The notes under the pieces: model-generated
Databases searched by the model: none
What the model saw: the letters and a program-made list of their open reading frames with translations, nothing else
Told to the model about the DNA's origin: nothing
Position numbers and translations under genes: made by a program
Source: the human T2T-CHM13v2.0 reference genome, Homo sapiens
Direction: 5' to 3' (one strand)
Assembly (NCBI RefSeq): GCF_009914755.1
Contig: NC_060947.1
Length of the DNA: 64,000 bases
Shown: piece after piece, positions 1 through 11,608 of the stretch
Numbering within the stretch: the stretch's first letter is position 1
Layout of the letters: each line of letters opens with the position of its first letter

Positions 1-930
1 CGTGGTATTGTCAAGGTGTGAATACTACCATAAATGATCTACAAATTCAATGCAATCTGTATCAAAATCTTAATGACCATTTTAGCAGAAATGAAAAAGC
101 TGATTCTCAAATTCATATGGAATTTCAAGAGCCCCAAATAGTCAAATCAATCCTGCAAAGAACAAAGTTGGAGAATTTATACTTCGTTATTCCAAAACTT
201 ACTGTAAAGTTACAATAATCAAGTGTTGTGCAGTTATAAGGATACACATATAGTACAATGCGATAGAACTGAATCGCCAGAAGTAAACCCATAAATCTAT
301 GGTCAATTGACTTTCATCAAGGGTACCAAGACCATTCAGTGAGGAAAGAATTTTTTCTTCAACAGATGACACTGAGAAAATTTTATATCTACATAAAAAC
401 ATAAATTTGGATGCCTATATCATACAATATACACAAAATACCTCAAAACAAATTGATAACATAAATATTACAGCTATGATTTTATAAAACTCTTAGAAGA
501 AACCATAGGGATAAATATTTACGATTTTGAATTTTGCATTGGACTCAGATATAACACCAAAAGTATGAAAAACAATGAAAAATAGATAAATTTGAACCCA
601 TCAAAATTAAATACATTTGTGCATCAAAAGATGTTATCAAGAAAGTAAAAACACAATATAGACAATGAAAAGGAATATTTCCAAATTTTATATCTGATAA
701 TGTTCCAGTATCCAGAATATATAAAGAATTTTTGTAATTCAGCAACAAAAACCAAACAACCCAATTAAAAAATTAGAAAAGCATTCGAATGGAAATTTTT
801 CCAAAAACGATAGATAAATGGGCAATAAGCACATGGAAAGAAGTGTAACATCACTAGACATTAGAGGATATAAAGCCAAACCACAATTAGTCACTTCACA
901 TCTATAAGAATGGCTATAATAATAATAATA
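1..930 (+). mobile_element. Old L1M (L1MB-like) ORF2 3' part; host of the nested insertions, resumes at ~6386-6474 and 6834-7435
   Basis: Degenerate L1 ORF2 C-terminal motifs (ttcaatgcaatc...atcaaaatc, ggtcaattgactttc..caagggtaccaagaccattcagt, tccagaatatataaagaa), broken by stops and frameshifts. Confidence 0.8.
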
Positions 931-934
931 CTTT

Positions 935-2441
935 TTACATTTTTAATTTATATGGATACATAATAGTTTTACATATTTGTGGGGCACATGTGATGTTTTG
1001 ATACAAACACATAATGTCTAATGATCAAATCAGGGTGATTGGGATATTCTTTACCTCAAAAATATATCTTTTTTTTGTGCTAGGAACATTCCAATTCCAC
1101 TCCTCTAGTTATTTTGAAATATACAACAAATTATTGTTAACTACAGTCACCCTATTGTCCAAATAGTGGATCCTATTTAACCTATCTAACTGTATTTTTT
1201 TACTCATCAATCATTCCCCACTTTTTCCCCCCATCTCCTTGTGACCCTTCACAAACTCTAGCAACTATCATTCTACTCTCTATCTCCACGAGTTCAATTT
1301 TTCTTCAGCTCCTATCTATGAGTGAGAAAATGTGATATTTTTCTTTCTGTGCCTGGCTTATTTCACTTATGTCCTGTAGTTCAATCTGTGTTGTTGCAAA
1401 TGTCATGATTGTATTATTTTTATGGCTGAATATTTCATGGGGTAGCACATTTTTTTAATCCATTCATCTGTTGATACACACAGGTAGATTCTATAACTTG
1501 GCTATTGTGAATAGTGCTGTAAAAAACATGGGAGTGTATATATCTATTCAATATGCTTATTTCCTTTCTTTACATATATACTCTTAGTGTCTGTATTACC
1601 ATCTACAGTGTAAAAGGGCTCCCTTTTCTCCATATCCTCACCAGCATTTGTTGTTTCTGTTTTCTTTTTGAGAAAAGCCATTTTAACTGGGGTGACATGA
1701 TATTTCATTGTACATTTCTGTGATAATTTGTGATTTTCAACATTTTTAAGACACCTGTTAGCGACTTGTATATCACCTTTTGATAAATGTTTATTCATAT
1801 ATTTTGTTCATTTGATACCAGGATTATTTGGTTTCTGCTATGTTTTGATTTTGTTTTTGTTTTTTTGTTTTTGTTTTTGTTTTGATATTGAGTTGAGTTT
1901 CTCGTATATTCTGGTCATTATTCCTTTGTAAGTTGAACAGTCAGCAAGTATTTTTTCTTATTCTGTAGATTATCTCTTCATTTATTAATTATTTCCGTGG
2001 CTATGCAAAAGCTTATTAGCTTGATGTGATCCCATTTGTCCATTTTAAGTTTGGTTGCCTATGCTTTTGCAGTCTTACTCAAGCAATATTTGCCCAGACC
2101 AATGTCCCCATGTATTTGCCCTATGTATTGTCTCACTAGTTTCATAGTTTCATGTCTTACAGTTAAGTACTTAATCAAGTATTTCTTTGATTTTTGCATG
2201 TGGTGAGAGATAGGCATCTAGTTTCATTCTTTGGCAAATATATATCCAGGTTCCTATAACAATTTATTGAAAAGTCTATTCCTTCCCAAATATATGCTTT
2301 TGGCATCTTTGTCAAGAATGAGTTGATTCTAAATGTGTGAATTTATTTATGTATTCTATATTTTCTTCTGCTGGATTATATGTCTGTTTCTAATGGCAGT
2401 AACACGATGTTTTAGTTACTATAGTTTTGTACTACAATTTG
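935..2441 (-). mobile_element. L1MA-family element (3' UTR plus ORF2 end), split by the L1PB1 insertion and continuing at 6156-6385
   Basis: Antisense L1MA 3' end (ttttaatt..atggatacataatagttttacatatttgtggggcacatgtgatg...aatgatcaaatcagggt). The sequence ...actatagttttgtactacaatttg at 2441 resumes as tagtataatttgaagtcagttagtgtgatg at 6156. Confidence 0.85.
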
Positions 2442-2801
2442 GTTTTTATTTTTTTTCCATAGGTTTTTTAGGAACAGGTGCTATTTGGTTACATGAGTAA
2501 GTTCTTTAGTGGTGATTTGTGAGATTTTGGTGCACCCATCACCCGAACAGTATACTCTGAACCCAATTTGTAGTCTTTTATCCCTCACCCTCCGCCCACC
2601 CTTTCCCTCAAGTCCCCGAAGTCCGTTGTATCATTCTTTTGACATTTCATCCTCATAGCTTAGCTCCCACATATGAGTGAGAACATACGATGTTTCGTTT
2701 TCCATTCCTGAGTTACTTCACTTAGAATAATAGTTTCCAGTTTCATCCAGGTTGCTGTGAATGCCATTAATTCATTAATGTTTATGGCTGAGTAGTACTT
2801 G

Positions 2802-2855
<54 letters not shown>

Positions 2856-4840
2856 ATAATTTCTTTATCTACTCATTGATGGATGGGCATTTGGGCTGGT
2901 TCCATATTTTTGCAGTTGCGAATTGTGCTGCTATAAACATGGGTGTGCAAGTATCTTTTTTGTGTAATGACTTATTTTCCTTTGGGTAGATACCCAGTAG
3001 TGGGATTGCTGGATCAAATGGTAGTTATATGTTTAGTTCTTTAAGGAATCTCCACACTGCTTTCCATCGTGGTTGTACTAGTTTACATTCCCAACAGCAG
3101 CACAGTGTAGAAGTGTTCCCTTTTCACCACATCCATCCACGTCAGCATCTATTATTTTTTAATTTTTTGATTATGGCCATTCTTGCAGGAGTAGGGTGGT
3201 ATTGCATTGTGGTTCTGATTTGCATTTACCTGATCATTAGTGATGTCGAGCATTTTTTCATATGTTTGTTGGCCATTTGTATGTCTTCTTTTGAGAATTG
3301 TCTATTCATATCCTTAGCCCACTTTTTGATGGGATTGCTTGTTCTTTTCTTGCTAATTTGTTTGAGTTCCTGTAGATTCTGGATATTAGTCTCTTGTCGG
3401 ATGTAGAGATTGTGAAGCTATTCTCTCACTCTGTGGGTTCTCCGTTTACTCTGCTGACTGTTTCTTTTTCTGTGCAGTATCTCTTTAGTTTAATAAAGTC
3501 CCACCTATTTATCTTTGTTATTGTTTCATTTCCTTTTGGGTTCTTGGTTATGAAATCATTGGCTAAGCCAATGTCTAGAAGGGTTTTATCAATGTTATAT
3601 TCTAGAATTTTCAGAGTTTCTGATCTTAGATTTCAGTCTTTGATCCACCTTGATTTTTGTGTAAGGTGAGAGATGAACATCCAGTTTTATTCTCCTACAT
3701 GTGGCTTGCCAATTATCCCAGCATCATTTGTTGAATAGGGTGTCCTTTTCCCACTTCATGTTTTTGTTTGCTTTGTCAAAGATCAGTCAGCTGTAAGGAT
3801 TTGGGTTTATTTCTGGGTTCTCTATTCTGTTCCATTGGTCTGTGTGCCTATTTTTATACCAGTACCATGCCGCTTTGGTGACTATGGCCTTCTGGTATAG
3901 TTTGAAGCCAGATAATGTGATGCCTCCACATTTGTTTTTTTTTTTTTTTGCTTGATCTTGCTTTGGCTTTCTGTGCTCTTTTTTGTTTCCATATGAATTT
4001 TACGATTGTTTTTTCTAGTTCTGTGAAGAACGATGATGGTGTTTTGATGGGAATTGCACTGAATTTGCTTTTGACAGAATGGTCATTTTCAAAATATTGA
4101 TTCTACCCATCCATGATCATAGGATGTGTTTCCATTTGTTTGTGTCATCTATGATTTCCTTCAGCAGTGTTTTGTAGTTTTCCTTGTAGAGCTCTTTCAC
4201 CTCTCTGGTTAGGTACATTCCTAAGTATTTTATTTATTTATTTTTTGCAGCTATCGTAAAAGAGGTAGAATTCTTGATTTGATTCTCAGCTTGATCACTG
4301 CTGGTGTATAGCAGAACTACTGATTTGTGTAAATTATTTTTTTGTATCCAGTAGCTTTGCTGAATTTATTTATCAGTTCTGGGAGCTTTTTGGAGGAGTT
4401 TTTAGTGTTTTCTAGGCACACGATCATATCATCAGCAAACAGTGACAGTTTGACTTCCTCTTCACTGATTGGGATGCCCTTTCTTTCTTTCTCTTGTCTG
4501 ACTTCTGTGGTTAGAACTTCAAGTACTATGTTGAAGAGGAGTAGTGAGAGTGGGCATCCTTGTCTTGTTCCAGTTCTCAGAGAGAATGCTGTCAACTTTT
4601 TCCCATTCAGTATTATGTTGGCTTTGGGTTTGCCATAGATCGCTTTTATTACATTGAGGTATGTCCCTTGCATGCTGATTTTGCTGAGTGTTTTAATCAT
4701 ACAGAGATGCTGGACTTTGTCAAATGCTTTTTCTGCATCTATTGAGATGATCATGTGATTTTTTGTTTTTAATTCTGTTTATGTGATGTATCACATTATT
4801 GACTTGTATATGTTAAAACATCCCTGCATTTCTGATATGA
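2442..4840 (-). mobile_element. L1PB1-like copy 1, non-inverted 3' arm (ORF2 RT to 3' UTR and poly-A)
   Basis: L1PB-type 3' end (ggaacaggtgctatttggttacatgagtaagttctttagtggtgatt). RT fragment ORF 4317-4754 has [19 protein letters not shown] and LFADD. Confidence 0.9.
2806..2852. repeat. (TA)n microsatellite inside L1PB1 copy 1; shorter counterpart at 13593-13617 in copy 2
   Basis: Perfect TA run read directly. Confidence 0.97.
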
Positions 4841-6155
4841 GGAGTCTTCAAAACCATGCGAATACATGGAAATTAAATAACCTGCTCCTGTACGATCTTT
4901 GGGTCAACAATGAAATCAAGATGGATATTAAAAAATTATTTGAACTGAATGATAATAGTGACAAAACCTATCAAAACCTCTGGGATACAGCAAAGGCGGT
5001 GCTAGGAGGAAAGTTTATAGCCTTAAATGTCTACATCAAGAAATTTGAAAGAGCACAAATAGACAATCTAAGGTCCTCAAGGAACTAGAGAAACAATAAC
5101 AAACAGAATCCAAACCCAGCAGAGGAAAAGAAATACCCAAGCTCAGATTAGAACTAAAATGGAAAAAAAAAGTATAAAAGATAAATGAAACAAAAGATTA
5201 TTTGAAAAGATAAATAAAATTGATATACCATTTGCAAGATTTACCAAAAAAAAAGAAAGAAGATCCAAAATACTCAATTAGAAACAAAATGGCGGACTGT
5301 CAGAAACAACTGACACTGCAGAAATGCAGATGATCATTCAAGGATTCTGTGAATATCTTTACGTGTATAAACCAGAAAACCTGGAGGAGATGAATAAAAT
5401 CCCAGAAATATGCAACCCTCCCAGATTAAGTCAGGAAGAATTAGAAACCCTGAAAGGACCAATAACATGCAGCAAGATTGAAATGGTAATAAAAATTTGC
5501 CAACAAAAGAAAAGTCCAGGACCAGAGAGATTCACAGCTGAATTCTATCAGACATTCAAAGAAGAAATGGTACCAATCCTATTGACACTATTCCACAAGA
5601 AAGAGAAAGAGGAAATCCTCTCTAAATCATTCTATGAATCCGGTATCACCCTAATACCAAAACTAGGAACGGACATAACAAAAACAGAAAACTACAGGCC
5701 AATATTCCTGGTGAACACAGATGCAAAATTTCTTAACAAAATACCAACTAACCGAATCTAACAGCATATCAAAACGATAATCCTCATGATTGAGTGGATT
5801 TCATACCATGCAAGCAAAGATGGTTAGACATACGCCCGTTGATAAATGTGATACACCCCATAAACAGAATTAAAAACAAATATCACCTGATCATCCAAAT
5901 AGATGCAGAAAAAGCTTTTGACAAAGTCCAGTATCTCTTCGTGATTAAAACAGCAAAATCGGCATATAAGGGACATACCTTAATATAATAAAAGCCATCT
6001 ATGACAGACCCACAGCCAACATAATACTGAGTAGAAAAACGTTGAAAGCATTCCCTTTGATAACTGCAACAAGACAGTGATGTCCACTCTTACCACTTTT
6101 ATTCAACATATTACTGTAAGTCCTAGCCAGAGCTATCAGACAACAGTAAGAAATT
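4841..6155 (+). mobile_element. L1PB1-like copy 1, inverted 5' arm (ORF2 NTWKLNN to VLARAIRQ region)
   Basis: Strand switch at ~4840. ORFs 4783-5088, 5324-5761 and 5794-5988 encode ORF2 segments. Degenerate TSD tactacaatttg (2430-2441) / tagtataatttg (6156-6167). Confidence 0.88.
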
Positions 6156-6385
6156 TAGTATAATTTGAAGTCAGTTAGTGTGATGTGTCCAGGTTTGTTC
6201 TATTTGATTAGGATTCCTTTGACTACTCTAGGTCTTTTGTGGTTATACATCAATTTTGAGGTTATTTTTTCTATTTCTGTCATGAATGTCATTGGTATTT
6301 TGATAGGGGTTGCAAGGAATGTGTAAATTGCTTTCGTAACATGGACATTTTAACAATTTTGATTTTTCTAATCCAGAAAATTACA
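6156..6385 (-). mobile_element. Continuation of the L1MA element interrupted at 2441
   Basis: Collinear antisense ORF2 sequence (gaagtcagttagtgtgatg...gaatgtcattggtattttgataggggttgca). Confidence 0.8.
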
Positions 6386-6474
6386 AGTATTTATGAGAAT
6401 TAGAGAAATGTTAGTCTTTGTATAAGATGATGGGAATGTAAAATGTTTTACATGCTGTGAAGCAATTTTGTGTG

Positions 6475-6833
6475 TGATATGGCTGTATCCCCACAAAAAT
6501 CCCATCTTTATTGCCGCTCCCGTAATTCCCACGTGTTGTAGAAGGGATGTGGTGGGAGGTAATTGAATCATGGGGGCAGGTTTTTCTCATGTTCTTCCCA
6601 TGATAGTGAATAAGTTTCACGAGATTTGATGGTTTTATAAAGGGCAGTTCCCCTGCACATGCTCCCTTGCCTGCCACCACGCAAGTCATACCTTTTTCCC
6701 TCCTTTGCCTTCCGCCATGATTATGAGGCCTCCCAAACCATGTGGAACTGTTAGTCCATTAAACCTCTTTTTTCTTTATAAATTACCCAGTCTTAGGTAT
6801 TTCTTCATGGCAGTATGAAAATGGACTAATACA
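6475..6833 (+). mobile_element. THE1 (MaLR) solo LTR, THE1B/C-like
   Basis: TG...CA ends (tgatatggctgtatcccca...ggactaataca), attaaacctctt poly-A signal region, 5-bp TSD gtgtg/atgtg. Confidence 0.92.
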
Positions 6834-7435
6834 ATGTGCTTTATGGTGATTCTTCAAAAAGTTAAACATAGAATTATCATATGACCCAACAGTTCTCCTT
6901 TTGAATGTATATCTCTAAGAATTGAAAACAAATACTGAAAGAAATTCTTATACGTAAATGTTCAATAAAACTCTGCACAAGAGCAAAGAGGTGAAAACAA
7001 TCCATCCATCAATGGGTGAATGGATAAACAACTTGTAGCATATTTATGCAATGAAATATTTTGTCATAAAAAGGAATGAATTACTGGCACATACCACAAC
7101 ATGGATGAAACTCAAAAACATTATGCTATTTGAAAGAATCCAGACACAAATAAGCACACGTTTTATGATTTGATTTATATAAATTATCCAGAATAGGTAA
7201 AACCATAACAGAAGACAGATTGATAGTTGCCAGGGGTTGGGGGCAGAGGATAATAAGTAATAACTGTTCAATGAATATGACATTTTCTTTGGAAGATTAG
7301 TTAACCATCTAATAGCGTTGTGAGTGTACTATATGCCATTGAATTTTTTATTTCATTATATTTACTGTTGCAGCAAGCAAAAATTGTTCACTTTAAAATA
7401 ATTAATTTAATGTCGTGAATTTCTTCTTAATAAAA
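6834..7435 (+). mobile_element. L1MB-like 3' UTR, continuation of the element at 1-930
   Basis: aaaaagttaaacatagaattatcatatgacccaac...acaacatggatgaaactcaaaaacattatgct...gttcactttaaaatatt motifs. Confidence 0.8.
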
Positions 7436-10400
7436 ATGACACATATGTTCATAAATGGCCATTTATGATGAACTATCTCTGGGAAAAGTGACGGTAAGCA
7501 GCATTTGCCTTTCAGTATCAAACAAGGAGGAAGGAATCATAAGGACAATGTTTCTGCTTGAACTATTTACCATGTGCATGTATTATCTTTATAGTAAAAC
7601 ATTAAATCGATTGTTAAAAATAAATGACAATGAGAGGTATTCTAAAGTTGTAGTAGCAAAGTTTGCTGGTAAACTTCGTCTTTGGATAAAGGAAAGAGGA
7701 GTAAGAGGAAGCAAAAGACCATTTATAGTGGTAGTAGAAAATAGGAGAATGGAATATATTAAACAGACTTTTAAAAAAGCTTAGGAAATGAGACTGGGAT
7801 GGGAAAACAAATTGGCCACTGTGAAGTATAGGAGCTATAAGGAAGTTAGGAAGGTCACATCACTGTACATCCTTTACAGGTCCATAGCCCAGTAATGCTA
7901 AATAAATAAATAAACAATAATAGTGCGTCTCTCACACAGCAAATTGAATATACATGATTAATTTTAGCAAACATTTTTCAGCAACTACTAGAAACAAGGC
8001 ATTATGGACCACTAAATAAAGCAATCACAGTTTCCCAAGAGTATAGGGCATCAAGTGTTGCAGGGTGAGCCAATACTAAAAAAGAGTGTGGATGCTAAAT
8101 TTTTACCATCAAAAGCTTATTCATGGTGCGTCATGGAAATGTATCTCTTAAGGGAACTTCAGTAGGACTGGATCATTCTGTAAGGCAAATAATCTTGTAT
8201 AATGGGTCCCCTGCCTTATGGACATAATAAGAGTGTAAAGCTTCTCTTCAGAGAGAGTTCACTAATTCTCCATGATTAGAAACTGTTTCTTAACTATGTA
8301 CCTATTTGTACTGTGCAATATCAGCAGAAGCTTCTCTTATTCCCCAAAATAAGCATCTTGCAGCTATAAGCTTGAAAAACTGTGCAGTGCACACACAGAG
8401 TAATCATAAATTCTTCAACCTCACTCTTTGGTGCAAAAAGACTGTGTTAGACTAGAACAAACTAAGTGACCTTAAATTTAAAAAATAGAAACCCAACAAC
8501 AGAGATTGTAAAAGAGCAAAATATTTTAGAATCAAATGAAGAAAAAACAAAAATCAATTGGATTCTTTCAAAAGAATTCATTTTCAGCTTGGATAACATC
8601 CATCTAAAGATTTTTTCCCCTAGAAATTAATGCTATAAAAGTCTTAGGCTGTGATAACTCTAATTCAGAGCTGTTTTGTGTCTGCTAAATGGAATGTGAC
8701 GGGGATCTAAAACAGTGCTATGTTATAGAAAATAATTAGTTGAGAACAAACTTGATAATTTCACCACAGAGAAGAATGGACTGAAAACAACTTTCACTTT
8801 AATTATGTGTAAAGAAAAAGCATAATTACCTGCATAGATAGTAATCAGGAAAAATGAAAATACATTTCTCTGTTATCTGGTAGATAGCAAGGTAGCTTTT
8901 TAAATCTGTTCACCTCTTGTATAATAAAGATAACAAACTGGTTATTGTAATGCCATCAAAATCTCACCCCAGAGTAAAACTAGGAAAAAAAAATACAAAC
9001 TATGTTTCTAATGTAATAATATTCTTATTTTTCCTGTTGGTATTTATCCTTACCAGGAACATTTGAGGAATATACTTATAAGAATTCTTCCCAGGATATT
9101 AAGATAATGACATCAAAGCAAAGTGGTAATTTACTGGAGGCTTCAATTAAGGCACAAAAAACATTTGAACCATTAGAATAATACTATGTTTTTTCATCCT
9201 CATTTAAATTCATTAGCTTTTGCCTTTTTAATGCTCAAGGAACAGGACTCCTCTGAATTGTAGATATCAGTATCCGCCATGGACATTTGGAATGCATCTA
9301 CACACTCAACAGCAATATAGCATTCACAAAAATTTGGGTCGGTCCAATCAGCTTCAGTGTGCATACATAAAGGCAGAATTGGCAGACATCCTTGGCTCTC
9401 AGCAGCTGATATCACAGGCTGGCCAGTTGAGATGCAAGTTAGAGCCAAGTTTTTGAGCCACAGATACTTCAGGCTGAATAATTCTACATTGCTGTGTGAA
9501 GCAACTTGAAATTTGGATATAGCAATCTAAATTTCACCACCTATCTAAAGCGCTAGGGAAAGTGGCCACTTTCAGTAATTTCACATTTCATCTGTAAGCC
9601 TTTTCTGTAACTCAGGGAAGCCAAGAGCATGGTGGCCTAGTTGGGCAGTAAAGATGCCAAGTAAGAAGTTTCTTCACTTCCTGCCACAACACCACCTTTG
9701 GAGTGTGATTACATCATGTTGTTTTCATTTAATTTCTTTTACCTATGTCTCTAATTGCTCCAGATTATGAGAGTTGACAAGTCCATAGTTTGATAAGAAC
9801 TAGTTTGAGATGATAAACCACGTTATTATTTCATTCTTTATAGTTCCTTGTGGTCTGCCTTGTATGACAGCTACTGTAGAAAATAAAACTGTGCCACATA
9901 ATAAAAATTACTAAGACTTAAAGTTGCATGCAGAAATGGAGTGAAACTTAAGAATCCATAAGATTTAAGTAGCAATTAGATGAATTGACACTTGGCTTAA
10001 TCTACTTCCCAATTAGGACCAAAACCATTGTCGAGGGAAAAAAAAATAGAAAAAGGAGAGTGCTTTCCACTCCGGATACAATCTAACATCTAAGACATGT
10101 TAAAGAAAGTGTGCAAAGAGAAAAGAAGAAATGGAGGTTATTAGAACAATGAATAGTATAAAGGAACAAAAGGAAGCGGAGGGTTATGAAGGTGGCTAGA
10201 ATCCAAAAAAACCACAGTGGATAATATTATCTAACTTATGTGTTACACCAACCTACAATCTCAAAAGACCTGATAGAGGAGTTTAATGCTTTAATCATGG
10301 AAATGTGGAATTTCTTAATGACTCCTTAGAGAAACAGAAGTATTTATTGAGACACAAGACAAATTTAAAACAAAAAAAAATGTGAAATGAAACTCAGGGA

Positions 10401-10650
10401 TCTAAAAGTATGCATCACTTTTCCCTCCGGGAGGTAGAAAAAAAAACTCCAGAAATATGAATAAAGAATGAAATCACAGAGGTTTCAGGAAATGAGAAAC
10501 TTGTCAAAGTAACCAATGAATATTCAGAAAGGCCATTCTTAGTCATATACAATGGTAGAGATTCAGGCCAGAAGCAAAGAAGATCAGAGATGAAGCTGTC
10601 AGAGGTGAAACAGCTCTCTACATATGCTCTAAATATTATATATATTCCAA

Positions 10651-11608
10651 TTGATCATTGTGCATTATCATCTTGATATGCTGTTGGATTCGGCTAGTTG
10701 GTATTTTGTTAGGAAATTTTGCATCTCTGTTCACCAGGAATATTGGCCTGTGGTTTTCTGTTTTTGTTATGTCCATTCCTAGTTTTGGTATTAGGGTGAT
10801 ACCGGATTCATAGAATGATTTAGAGAGGATTTCCTCTTTCTCTTTCTTGTGGAATAGTGTCAATAGGATTGGTACCATTTCTTCTTTGAATGTCTGATAG
10901 AATTCAGCTGTGAATCTCTCTGGTCCTGGACTTTTCTTTTGTTGGCAAATTTTTATTACCATTTCAATCTTGCTGCATGTTATTGGTCCTTTCAGGGTTT
11001 CTAATTCTTCCTGACTTAATCTGGGAGGGTTGCATATTTCCGGGATTTTATTCATCTCCTCGAGGTTTTCTAATTTATACACGTAATGATATTCATAGAA
11101 TCCTTGAATGATCATTTGTATTTCTGCAGTGTCAGTTGTAATATCCGCCATTTTGTTTCTAATTGAGCGTATTTGGATCTTCTTTCTTCTTCTTTTAGTT
11201 AATCTTGTAAATGGTCTATCAATTTTATTTATCTTTTCAAAGAATCAGCATTTTGTTTCATTTATCTTTTATACTTTTTTTTCATTTTATTTAGTTCTGC
11301 TCTGATCTTGGGTATTTCTTTTCCTCTGCTGGGTTTGGATTCTGTTTGTTCTTGTTTTCCTAGTTCCTTGAGGACCTTACATTGTCCATTTGTGCTCTTT
11401 CAAATTTTTTGATGTAGACATTTAAGGCTATAAACTTTCCTCCTAGCACCGCCTTTGCTGTATCCCAGAGGTTTTGATAGATTTTGTCACTATTATCGTT
11501 CAGTTCAAGTAATTTTTAAATTTCCATCTTGATTTCATTGTTGATCCAATGATCATACAGGAGCAGGTTATTTAATTTCCATGTATTTGCATGGTTTTGA
11601 AGACTCCT
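10651..11608 (-). mobile_element. L1PB1-like copy 2, inverted 5' arm
   Basis: ORF 10636-11151 encodes an ORF2 segment nearly identical to ORF 5324-5761. Strand switch at ~11608. Confidence 0.9.

Noticed and set aside
3029-3669. Duplicated hydrophobic 125-aa and 91-aa ORFs (also 12776-13416) resembling paralogous membrane proteins
   Set aside because: They are antisense shadow frames of A-rich L1 ORF2/3' UTR and are duplicated only because the L1 is.
10150-10630. Purine-rich stretch that may be an ancient L1/HAL1 ORF1 host continuing at 13985-14220 and after 19024
   Set aside because: Similarity is too faint to call by eye; it needs a Dfam HMM search.
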